From: Eledone cirrhosa | Lineage: Eukaryota | DNA: 64,000 bases | NCBI GenBank assembly: GCA_964016885.1 | Contig: OZ024754.1 | Location: 40,672,001 to 40,736,000 of the forward strand | Direction: 5' to 3' | Shown here: one piece after another, positions 53,441-64,000 of the stretch | Layout of the letters: each line of letters begins with the position of its first letter | Numbering within the stretch: position 1 is the first letter of the stretch | Translations under genes and position numbers: made by a program | The notes under the pieces: model-generated | What the model was told of the DNA's origin: nothing | Databases searched by the model: none | What the model saw: only the letters and a program-made list of their open reading frames with translations

Positions 53441-53786
53441 TAGAAAGCAGAATCACTGGATCAATCCCATCAGAATTTATAAACCACAGTGAGAAACTGC
53501 TCAATAAAACGTAAGAAATTTGGGCTAAAATCATTGTAAAAAATGTTTAGATTATTTAACCTGTTAGCATTTTACTCTATATTCACTATTGTATTTTCAT
53601 GGTAAAGGTTTTATTTATCTCACCTAATTATCTCATATAATATTGAATCTATGAAATTTTGATATTTATGTTGAAAGCAATATCTTAATGTCAATATAAA
53701 TAAGCTGCTGGTTATGGTCAGTTTGAACAGAAAGAGGTGAGAGAATTCTGGCCGGATATGGCCGGTTTAAATGTTAAATACTTCAC

Positions 53787-53914
53787 CTGCTACTTGTATT
53801 CGTATTGTCATGTTTTCTTCCAACTGAGCTAATGGACGCCAGTAATCCTGTGCTTTACCAGCACGAATTTCCTCCAGTTTTTCATCAACTTGTTTTACCC
53901 TTTCTTCATATAAT
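53787..53914 (-). CDS. BRMS1L: BRMS1-like protein exon 3
   Basis: ttccag|...CAG|gtgaag, 128 nt. RLYEERVKQVDEKLEEIRAGKAQDYWRPLAQLEENMTIRIQVA. Confidence 0.92.
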
Positions 53915-55898
53915 CTGGAATTAGAGATGGTCAAATTAGAAAATAGTCATAACAGAATTGTTTCTACGTTAGGCACAAGGCCAGCAATTATCCCAGTACA
54001 TTGCTGGTACTTTATTATCGACCACGGCGGGATTTGAACTCAAACCATAAAGGGACGTAACTCTTTGCTGCAAAGCATGGCGTCAGACCATCTACCGATA
54101 CGCTAATCCAATAATCATAATATAATAAAGGGAGGAATGCGGGACTGTGTCTTGAATATATGTTTCGACAGCTAATAACTATATTCTTATATATAATGAT
54201 TGCTTATTTTAAGATTCACTTCTTTTAACATTTTCAAATGTCAACACTTTCAGTTAGTGTCCGTACGCTATATTACATCACGTATATTTGCATCGTTATA
54301 TAAGGTTTATAATTCTGTTGCTAATTTTCACCTTTTCACCGTAATGCAGTTTATATATAATATCATCATCATCATCATCACCGTTTAACGTCCATCTTCC
54401 ACGCTAGCATGGGTTTAGACGGGAATTGTCCCAGTCCCACGTGAGGCAAGATTGGTTGTCTTGCTCGTATAGGACTGTGTAGCAGGTTTTCTACGGCTGT
54501 ATGCCCTTCCTAACACCAACCACGTTTACAGTGTTACAGAGGTGTGTCTTTTTTAAATATATCATGGATTACTTTACTGATTACAGAAGACAGTGTAACA
54601 CAGTCTCTCTTCAATTTCTGTGCATATTGTCAATTACGATTTTATTTGATGTATCATATCTACATGCATGTATATTTGCATATAATATCAATATACACAC
54701 TACACATGTTAGCAGAAAAACCACCCGAAGGGTAGTTTTTCTGCTAGTTTTTATAGTTATTTTAGAAAATAATTACAGATTATATGATTCTTTCAAAATA
54801 CTCTTGAAAGGATGGTTAAAAGTTTCAAACATTTATATAAAATATACCATCAATAATTCTTTCATTAAAATATTTCTAATGAAATACACAGCATATGATT
54901 TCAAATAATTGTTTCTACTTTAGGCACAAGGCCAGCAATTACCCAGTGCATTACTGGTACTTTTATTTTATCGACCCCGTAAGGATGAAAGGCAAAGTCA
55001 ACCTCGGCGGGATTTGAACTCAGATCGTAAAGGGACGTAACTATGCTGGAAAGCATGGCGTCCGACCCTCTAATATATTTATGTGATTCTGTCACAACAT
55101 GTAAAGAGAAAGGAGTAGTTTAACTACCTCATACTACTCCTCTCTCTTTACTTCTGCTGCCTACATCAAAGTATGTGAATGTATTTTGCCTTATAAAATA
55201 TTATAAGGCAAAATAAAATTCAAGGAAAACCAACCACAAAAGAAGAAAACAATTTGTTTATAATATTTTTATATAGAGAAGGCACATGGCTTAGTGGTTA
55301 GAGAATTGGCCTTGCAATCGAAAAGTTGTGAGTTCAATTCTCAGACTGGGTGAGGTGTTGTTTCCTTGAGCAAGACACTTTATTTCACATTGCTCCAGTT
55401 TACTCAGCTGTAGAAATGAGATGATAAGGACTGGGGTCCCTATCATTCCACTGTAAATGAGGTTGATGTTAGGAAGGGCATCCAGCTGTAGAAATCAAGC
55501 CAGAATCAGTTCCCGTCCCACCCTTGCCAGCAGGGAAAAGTGGGCGTAAAATGATGATGATGATGATGTGGTAATAATTGAACATCTCTGTAAGATTCTA
55601 GGGTAAGCATGGGCCACTTTTTACAAGCAGTAAGCTACATGAGATATGGATCATAAGGTGTGCTGCCGCAGTACTAAAAAAATTTGATGGTAATTTCTAG
55701 TTCCTGTATGAGCAAGGCATGGTCAGCCGACCAGACACTGCCCACAACAGGACAGCCCGTCTAACCCATGCTAGCGTGGAAGAACGGACGTAAAACGGTG
55801 ATGATGATGATGATGATGATTGTAGAGACGTGATCATTTCCTCGTGACTAATTACATTATTCAAAAGTAAACAACAACCATAAGAAATTAAAACATAC

Positions 55899-55989
55899 CT
55901 TTCTTTTAAAGCTGAAAATTGATGTTCTAATGTTGCCATATCTTCAAGACATTCAGCACGCCGTCTTTCCGATTCTTCCTCATCAATCT
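55899..55989 (-). CDS. BRMS1L: BRMS1-like protein exon 2
   Basis: caatag|...AG|gtatgt, 91 nt. EIDEEESERRRAECLEDMATLEHQFSALKE matches the start of the Sds3/BRMS1 coiled coil. Confidence 0.92.
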
Positions 55990-56157
55990 CTATTGAATAA
56001 AGTAAAATAGAAAGTTAACTCATGTCCTGAACCACATGACACAGCATTAGCAAAACATTCTTGCAAAGTAGAAGACAAAACTACACTGCTGAAGTTCACA
56101 ACTAATGTGTCCACTAGTAAAGATGTGATAAACTCCATTTACACTTTTTCTGCTAAA

Positions 56158-57445
56158 TATTACACACTTTATAATACACGTGTCTATATATTACACACTT
56201 TAGTACACGCGTCTATATATATTACACACTTTAGTACAATTGTCTATATATATTACACTTTACTACACGTGTCTATATATATTACACTTTACTACACGTG
56301 TCTATATATATTACACACTTTACTACACGTGTCTATATATATTACACACTTTATAATACACGTCTATATATTACACACTTTATAATACACGTCTATATAT
56401 TACACACTTTAGTACACGTGTCTATATATTACACACTTTAGTACAATTGTCTATATATATTACACAGTTTAGTACACGTGTCTATATATATTACACACTT
56501 TAGTACACGTGTCTATATATATTACACACTTTAGTACACGTCTATATATATTACACACTTTAGTACACATGTCTAGATATATTACACACTTTAGTACACA
56601 TGTCTATATATATTACACACTTTAGTACACGTGTCTATATATTACACACTTTAGTACACGTGTCTATATATTACACACTTTAGTACACGTGTCTATAAAT
56701 ATTACACACTTTAGTACACGTGTCTATATATATTACACACTTTAGTACACATGTCTATATATATTACACACTTTACTACACGTCTATATATATTACACAC
56801 TTTAGTACACATGTCTATATATATTACACACTTTAGTACACATGTCTATATATATTACACACTTTAGTACACGTGTCTATATATATTACACACTTTACTA
56901 CACGTGTCTATATATATTACACACTTTACTACACGTCTATATATATTACACACTTTACTACACGTCTATATATATTACACACTTTAGTACACGTCTATAT
57001 ATATTAAACACTTTAGTAGACGTGTCTATATATATTACACACTTTACTACACGTGTCTATATATATATTACACACTTTAGTACACGTGTCTATATATATT
57101 ACACACTTTAGTAGACGTGTCTATATATATTACACACTTTAGTAGACGTGTCTATATATATTACACACTTTAGTACACGTGTCTATATATATATTACACA
57201 CTTTAGTACACGTGTCTATATATATTACACACTTTACTACACGTGTCTATATATATTACACACTTAGTATATATATATATATTACACACTTTAGTACATG
57301 TGTATATATATATTACACACTTAGTGTGTATATATATATATTACTCTTTATAACATGTGTATATATATATTACACACTTAGTGTATATATATATATATAT
57401 ATATATAACACAGTGTATATATATATTACACACTTTAGTGTATGT
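56158..57445. repeat. About 30-bp minisatellite
   Basis: Unit tattacacactttagtacacgtgtctata, more than 35 copies. Confidence 0.93.
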
Positions 57446-57519
57446 GTATTTAATTTACATAATCATACAACTTTTACTGTAGGCAAATACAACCAACAAT
57501 TTACATTGGTACAATACTG

Positions 57520-57735
57520 TGTTAGGTGGGGTGTGTTGAGGTGTGTTAGGTGGGGTGTGTTAAGTGGGGTGTGTTAGGTAGGGTGTGTTAGGTGGGGTGT
57601 GCTAAGAGGGGTGTGTTAGGTGGGGTATGTTAAGAGGGGTGTTAGGTGGGGTGTGTTAAGAGGGGTGTGTTAGGTGGGGCGTGTTAAGAGGGGTGTGTTA
57701 GGTGGGGCGTGTTAAGAGGGGTGTGTTAGGTGAGG
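57520..57735. repeat. G-rich 14/28-bp minisatellite
   Basis: Unit gtgttaggtggggtgtgttaagagggg. Confidence 0.9.
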
Positions 57736-58785
57736 TGAATAGCTGAATCAGCCCATAACATATATATTTTATTATTTTTATTATATAGATCCAGGAGGGA
57801 TGGAAAAGGAAATTCGGCCCAGGGTGGGATGGATTCCGATAAATAAATTTCTTAGTGAATGGAATAAACGGTCCATACATCTCCCGAAGTAATGATGCTG
57901 GAGCTGTGAAATCTTGCATGCATTAAGTTCAACTCTTCTTCTTAATAATAACTGCATTGTTTCTTTCGAGGGACTATGTTGACAAACAAACCTCATTTGG
58001 TCATTCCATGAGAGTATCTTAGTCAGCCTATCGTTGTAATTAACAAGGTCTGTACGAAAATCGGAATAATAATAAGTTTCTAATTTAGGCAAAAGACCAG
58101 CAATTTTAGGGTGAAGAAGGAAGGGTTCGGTTAAATTGAGCCCTCCAGTAATTTATCAACCCTAGAAGCATAAAAGGTAAAGTTGACCTCAGTGGGATTT
58201 GAAGTCAGAACGTAAAGAGCCTTAACTAAATACCGCAAAGCATTTTATCTGAAGACCAAACAATTCTAGGAACCCCTTTAAAATAACCTCACATGTGTAC
58301 GAATTTCTTTTATTTTTGTTTATTTATGAAAGTTTTTAAGCAAGGCTGAAGGGGACCAACCAAATATAATAATCAAACCGATCATTTCTATTTACGGGGC
58401 CTGGAGTAGATTTACATAGCAAAACTTGGTTGGAGGTCAAGAATTAAAGGCTAGTTAATAAAACACGCAATATGTAAGAGAATAGCTTAGAAGACTGAAG
58501 AAATTAAGAGAAATGGCGCGCCAAATATAACCAATTATTCAGTGCGGGATTATTAGAAGAGGGGTGAGGGGATAATTACTTTCTTCGAAAGAAACCAAAA
58601 TAAAAGATATCACGCAGTCAGGAATGGAAACTTAGGATTTTTAATTTATAAAAATATAGAAACATTTAAATTTTTCTAACGAAATAATAATTTAAATGCG
58701 ATTATCACAACAAATTCTCCAACAGTATCATTTCTCATGCCGAACTAACGCAGGAAGCTATTGTAAATAACACATAAATATTTAC

Positions 58786-58879
58786 CAGAGCTATCTTCTT
58801 CCGAACCAGACGATTCGGTATCTTCGTCCGAACTTTTATCACTTTCTCCCGTATCTTGCTCCATTTTAACTTGTTCCAT
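58786..58879 (-). CDS. BRMS1L: BRMS1-like protein exon 1 (acidic N-terminus)
   Basis: MEQVKMEQDTGESDKSSDEDTESSGSEEDSS then G|gtaaat. An alternative in-frame upstream ATG exists at 58951. Confidence 0.8.
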
Positions 58880-58974
58880 TCTAATATTTGCTCGTGCTTT
58901 ATAATTAGATAAATTAGGATTTATGACAACACAAGCAGAGAGGTCGCTCATCTAGGATAGTTCCTAACAACTAA

Positions 58975-59010
58975 AAGGCGCATGCGTAGCAATCATTTCC
59001 GCTTCCTTTG
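58975..59010 (-). promoter_or_regulatory. BRMS1-like core promoter motifs
   Basis: NRF1-type GCGCATGCG at 58978-58986 and tandem ETS-type GGAAGCGGAAAT on the minus strand, about 100-130 nt upstream of the ATG. Confidence 0.6.
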
Positions 59011-59034
59011 TTTAACGTTCGCATTATTATGGCG

Positions 59035-59500
59035 CCGGGCGGATTGGCAGTATCGGTAGAGGATCGGACGCTAGGCTTTGCAGCAAAGAGTTACGGCCCT
59101 TTATGATCTGAGTTCAAATCCCGCCGAAGTTAACTTTGCCTTTTATCCTTACGAGGGTCGATAAAATAAAGTACCAGTAATGTACTGAAGTAATTGCTGC
59201 CCTTGTGCCAAAAGTAGAAACAATTATTATAGCATTATATTAGGGCAGAAAGAGTTACGGCCCTTTATGATCTGAGTTCAAATCCCGCCGAAGTTAACTT
59301 TGCCTTTCACCCTTACGGGGTCAATAAAATAAAGTACCAGTAATACACTAGGATAATTGCTGGCCTTGTGGCAAAAGTAGAAACAATTATATTAGGGCGG
59401 TGGATTGGCAGTAGAATCGGTAGAGGCTCGGACGCCATGCTTTGCAGCATAGAGTTACGACCCTTTACGGTCTGAGTTCAAATCCCGCCAAGACTAACTT
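59035..59500 (+). mobile_element. SINE family A, three copies just upstream of the BRMS1-like promoter
   Basis: Same consensus as 12409-12982. Confidence 0.85.
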
Positions 59501-59651
59501 CTTGTTCTTTTTCTTCTTCTTCTCCTTCAGTCTTATTCTTTTTGTCTCCTTTTTCTTTTTTTCTTTTTCTTCTCCAGTTTTCTTCTTGTCTCCTTTTACT
59601 TCTTCTTCATCCATGCTGTTTGGGTCATCATCATCATCATCATCATTATCA

Positions 59652-59689
<38 letters not shown>

Positions 59690-59744
59690 CCATCATCATC
59701 ACCATCATCATCATCATCATCATCATCCTTATCACCATCTTCTC

Positions 59745-59776
<32 letters not shown>

Positions 59777-59797
59777 CATCCTTATCACCATCTTCTC

Positions 59798-59829
<32 letters not shown>

Positions 59830-60624
59830 CATCATCCTTATCACCATCTTCAATAATAAAGTTTACAAAAAGAACACTTATATGGTGTCATGGATTCATC
59901 AAAACAAAAACAACGCGACAGGCGTCTATTATCGGTCAATCATTGATTTATACATTTTAAAAGTATTTCCTGAAAAAAGGTAAGTCATCAAATGTGCTCT
60001 GAAAGCTGACATAAATACAGACAGATCTGGAGGTGACTTAAGAGAGAGGTAGAGGTGACATAGAGAATGACAGATCATAACAGATCTGGAGGTGACTTAT
60101 TATAGAAAGACAAATCTATACACATCATTCTTGTAACTATAGAAAAAAATCCAGATATTTTTTCCTTGCTTTTATTCGGAGTTGTATAAATAACGTTATA
60201 AATTGTTTATAATTCTTACAGAATGGAAATATAAACACAAATAATATATATAATGAATTGCTAGAAACCTTATAAATATTTTAAATGATTTAAAAAAACG
60301 AAACTTTGAAGGTATAAAAAATTAACTTCAATGAAACTGATGGTGATTGAGGAGAACTTAGTCATAAATTGTAAACAACAATTGGTATTTGTAAACTTCT
60401 TCTCGGGATTGTTAATAGCTCTCTCATATATATATACACCAGGTCCGAATACAAAAGAACCAAACTCCCGCTGTCACTGCCTCCCGCTCTTCCCATCCCT
60501 GTTTATTGTGAGCCGGCGGACAGAATAGCGAAGACGTTTCTTCGGAGTATGGTGAGGAAGATGTGTTGGAAGAGCCATTCCAGCTCGTGAGACTCAGACC
60601 TGCGGTTAGCTAACTTTGTGTCGA

Positions 60625-61045
60625 TGATGGTGAGTAAGGAGGTGGCCCTAGGGCCAAGGATACCAGAAGTCTCCACTGCTATGGGAAGCTGACTCTGTGC
60701 CGATGGTGGTGAACAATGAGGTGGTCCTAGGGCCAAGGACACCAGAAGTCTCCACTGCTATGGGAAGCTGACTCTGTGCCGATGGTGGTGAACAATGAGG
60801 TGGTCCTAGGGCCAAGGACACCAGAAGTCTCCACTGCTATGGGAAGCTGACTCTGTGCCAATGGTGGTCCTAGGGCAAAGGACACCATAAGTCTCCACTG
60901 CTATGGGAAGCTGACTCTGTGCCGATGATGGTGGTCCTAGGGCCAAAGACACCAGAAGTCTCCACTGCTACCAGTAGACAATTCTGTGCCGATGGTTGTA
61001 AGCAGGGATGTGACCCTAGAGCCAAGTACACCAGAAGTCTCCAAC
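60625..61045. repeat. About 79-bp tandem repeat grown from a dispersed repeat also present at 23650-23860
   Basis: Unit ggtcctagggccaaggacaccagaagtctccactgctatgggaagctgactctgtgccgatggtgg. Confidence 0.85.
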
Positions 61046-62376
61046 AGAATATCTCAATGTAAAATATGGGAAGTGGAAAGAAAATTACTGAAATAAGTAA
61101 ATCAGTTTTAAATGGAAACATAGATAATTCAAAATAGCAAGTTTACTTGTGTAGTTTGATTGTTTATTTTTTTTTTATCAAGATCCTTAAAAAAGATGTG
61201 AAAATACTTTCATAATTTTAAAGACGAAAAATAGATCTTTTTATTTTAAATATAGATAAATAACATTAGAAATTGCTCACAATTCTTTTAGAATGAAAAT
61301 ATAAACACATAAATACAATTAATGACGAAAAGAAACTAGGATATAGAGAGAGAGCCCCGTCTATTAAAACCAATTCGATGTAGTGATGGATTAAAACTAA
61401 ACAAAGCCCTAAGAAGTATAAAGCTTGAAGGACCCCGCCATTAAAAGAATTGCCACCCGAAGGCCTTGTGAAAATTGAAATTAGAGGCTCTAAACACGTG
61501 CTCATTTTGCTTAGTGGTTAATCTGCGACTTGATTCTCTGGCCTCTGGTTTATGCATACGACACATTTTGACAGTTTTTATAGAAATAATAAATAATCTT
61601 TAAAGTATTATCGATTAAGTAATTCAAACAATATACATTCTCAAAGTGAATAAGGCAAGAAACAGTTGTTGAATGACGTCCAATTTTGGCAATAAGTAAC
61701 AGCTGTTACCCAGATAATCGCCCTCTTTGATCGATCTCATGGCGTAGTTGTTCAGTGCCTACGTATGTAAAAGAAAACCAGTGAACGTCATCAAAATAAA
61801 ATCATTCGTGAATAAAAATCATTTTTGAGCCACGTACCCTTAATCTTAGTTCTAGATTACATCACGGTTGTAATTATTACAGAAAACAAAATAACAGAGA
61901 GGGAGACACACAAACCTGTGTCCATAATTTTATTTGCTATTACTTTATAATTAACTAACGTGAATATAATAATATAATCCTTACAGAATGAAAATATAAA
62001 CATATATAATATATACAATACTTAATGAAGACTTATTACAGAATGAAAATCTAAACACAAATAATACCTACAATTTAATTATTGCTTATTTTAACTTGTG
62101 TAATGAATCTCTATTTGTTTTACTGAGTTTTTTTTAAACACCAACTTTCATCAGCTTTATTGAACATTTATTACCCACTGCGACAATAATTTATAATCTT
62201 TATTTATATATTTTAGAAAATAATTATATATAGAAAGAGAGAAAATATTTTCTAAACAAAAAAAAAAAAAGGACAACTTTTGAAAAGATCCTCAAATTGA
62301 ATGACACGCCAACCATTTCACGAGAAACTAAATACAACACACTTCTAATTTTTAAATGAAACGATATCAGCAGAAA

Positions 62377-62420
62377 ATGAAGATTTCTTTTATATTATTT
62401 TGTCTCATCTCTTCAGCTAC
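62377..62420 (+). CDS. Exon 1 of an unrecognised secreted protein (signal peptide)
   Basis: AAAATG then MKISFILFCLISSA + AC|gtacgt (phase 2), in phase with the 63646 exon. Confidence 0.65.
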
Positions 62421-62829
62421 GTACGTATTATATATTTCAACTATTTTTCCCGGCTACAAAAAAAAAATTTAAAAAAAGGGAGCGGAGGAGAGATTAAGTT
62501 TTTCAGGTGCTCTCGAAGCGTCGGGTTGTTCAGGATTGGTGGGGGTACCTGAGTTGCGCCAGGATGGTGCTGCACCCCCCTCCTATTTGGGAATTCTGTT
62601 GTTTGCATTTTAGTTGTTTATTGTTATTGTATTTATTTTTTTTATTCGATTTTTTTTTTGTTTGTAAACCCTCCACTGTCCCTGTCTTTTTGTAATGTTC
62701 CCTATAAGTAGGCCCTTGTGGTCAGTATAGAAAGAATTAAAATTCGTAAGAAGCTGTTAAAACAATAAAATATGGATTAGCAGAATTGATAGAGCATTGA
62801 ACAAGATGCCAAGTAGTGTGAGATGGAGG

Positions 62830-63119
62830 CAGGGCCGGATTTAATGGTGGGAAAAAGGGAAAATTGCCTCGGGGCTCCACCAGAGACGGCTGTAGCAATT
62901 TATTTGTGCCCTCAGCTGGGCTTCATATTTTTAGGGTGGTTAGAATTTTTTAATTTAATACCTGTATGTATAACTTTTCAATTCCAATTACTTGCACCAA
63001 GCTAACGTTGATATGTAAAATTGGGGGGAGGGGTTGCTGTGTATTCTAATATCTTGTATATGAGCCCTCTCCTCAAACCTGATATGCCTCAGGGCCCATA
63101 GGGTCTAAATCCAACCCTG
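62830..63119. mobile_element. hAT-type MITE with 8-bp target site duplication
   Basis: TIRs CAGGGCCGGATTTA / TAAATCCAACCCTG flanked by direct repeat GATGGAGG (62822-62829 and 63120-63127). Confidence 0.85.
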
Positions 63120-63127
63120 GATGGAGG

Positions 63128-63510
63128 GACATGGAGCTATGCCAGCATAACTCCAGCATAACTCCATGTCCCTTGTAGTGTGAGAAGAAGTCAAGCCAGG
63201 ATAACTCCATGTAGCGTGAAATGAAGGAAGATGGAGTCAAGCCAGGATAACTCCATGTAGCATGAGATGGAGGAACATGGAGCCATGCCAGGATAACTCC
63301 ATGTCTCTAGTAGTGTGAGATGGAGGAATATGGAGTGAAGTCAGCATAACTCCATTTCCCATGTAGTGTGAGATGGAGGAACATGGAGTCATGCCAGGAT
63401 AACTACATGAAGTGTGAGATGGAGGAACATGGAACCATGCTAGGATAGCTCCATATCCCATGTAGTGTAAGATGGAAAAACATGGCGTGAAGCCAGCATA
63501 ACTCCATGTT
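63128..63510. repeat. About 55-58-bp degenerate tandem repeat
   Basis: Unit gtagtgtgagatggaggaacatggagtcatgccaggataactccat. Confidence 0.82.
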
Positions 63511-63645
63511 CCAAGAAACTGAATATTACTTATTCTGTCTGAAAACAATGGGTTGTATATTAGTAGTGATAAAGCCTGGAATTGCTATAATAAATTACTT
63601 ATAAAAATGGATTAATATATTAATATTGAATAATTTATATTCCAG

Positions 63646-64000
63646 ATGTGAAAGTGGAAGCCAACTAAACATATCTGAATGGTATGAGGATATGATACGA
63701 CTCGGAGCTTTTAAAGGCGATTTGAACTCTGATCAATTAAAAGTGAAAAGCGCAGTAGAAAATATAATTAAAAGTTCAAAGAAAAGCACAAAGATGTTTA
63801 ATCAAGAAAGACTTTTGGCTTATGAAAAAATTTTAAATGTAAATATTTATATAGATCTTGATGATGGTGATGAAACAGAGTTAAATGATGATGAGATGGA
63901 ATTTAGTTCAGATGAAAATACTGTGGGGCAAGAAATATTGAAAGATCAGCTTACCAAGACCAATGTAAACTCAGATAAGGAAAAACCTGATAAGAATACA
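63646..64000 (+). CDS. Exon 2 (truncated by window end) of an unrecognised acidic secreted protein
   Basis: ttccag| acceptor, then 118 stop-free codons in AT-rich DNA: CESGSQLNISEWYEDMIRLGAFKGDLNSDQLKVKSAVENIIKSSKKSTKMFNQERLLAYEKILNVNIYIDLDDGDETELNDDEMEFSSDEN... Confidence 0.75.

Noticed and set aside
57520-57735. Interstitial telomeric repeat
   Set aside because: TTAGG occurs only within a longer unit; there is no (TTAGGG)n or (TTAGG)n run.
58491-58530. CTGAAGA...GAAA-tggcgcgcca hammerhead-like string
   Set aside because: No stem II pairing, no NUH triplet and no stem I.
59442-59960. Poly-His ORFs
   Set aside because: Translation of a (CAT)n microsatellite fused to a SINE.

Overview
AT-rich, microsatellite-dense animal genomic DNA. 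The SINE/LINE/MITE repertoire suggests an octopus-like cephalopod; this is an inference, no database search was run. Three spliced protein-coding genes can be reconstructed with consistent GT-AG sites and intron phases: (1) an MCFD2-like secreted two-EF-hand protein with an N-terminal (PPPNQQ[YF]QQ)n insert (+, CDS 40056-42948, 278 aa); (2) a BRMS1/BRMS1L-like Sin3-HDAC subunit (-, 9 coding exons, 58879-44948, 229 aa); (3) the 5' part of an unrecognised signal-peptide protein (+, 62377->64000). Possible non-coding 5' exons of a fourth gene lie on the minus strand near 9-11 kb. Nearly all ORFs in the supplied track are microsatellite or repeat artefacts. The most notable hidden signal is a dense set of about 14 type I hammerhead ribozyme motifs (stem I-CUGANGA-stem II-GAAA-short, often palindromic stem III-NUH). 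They belong to several unrelated sequence families, include U3:A8 compensatory core variants and very long stem II variants, and sit in short cassettes between (TA)n tracts, often followed by AATAAA and often paired with long snap-back palindromes (arms up to about 200 bp). This pattern fits Penelope-like retroelement pLTR remnants or retrozyme-like elements that target (TA)n.
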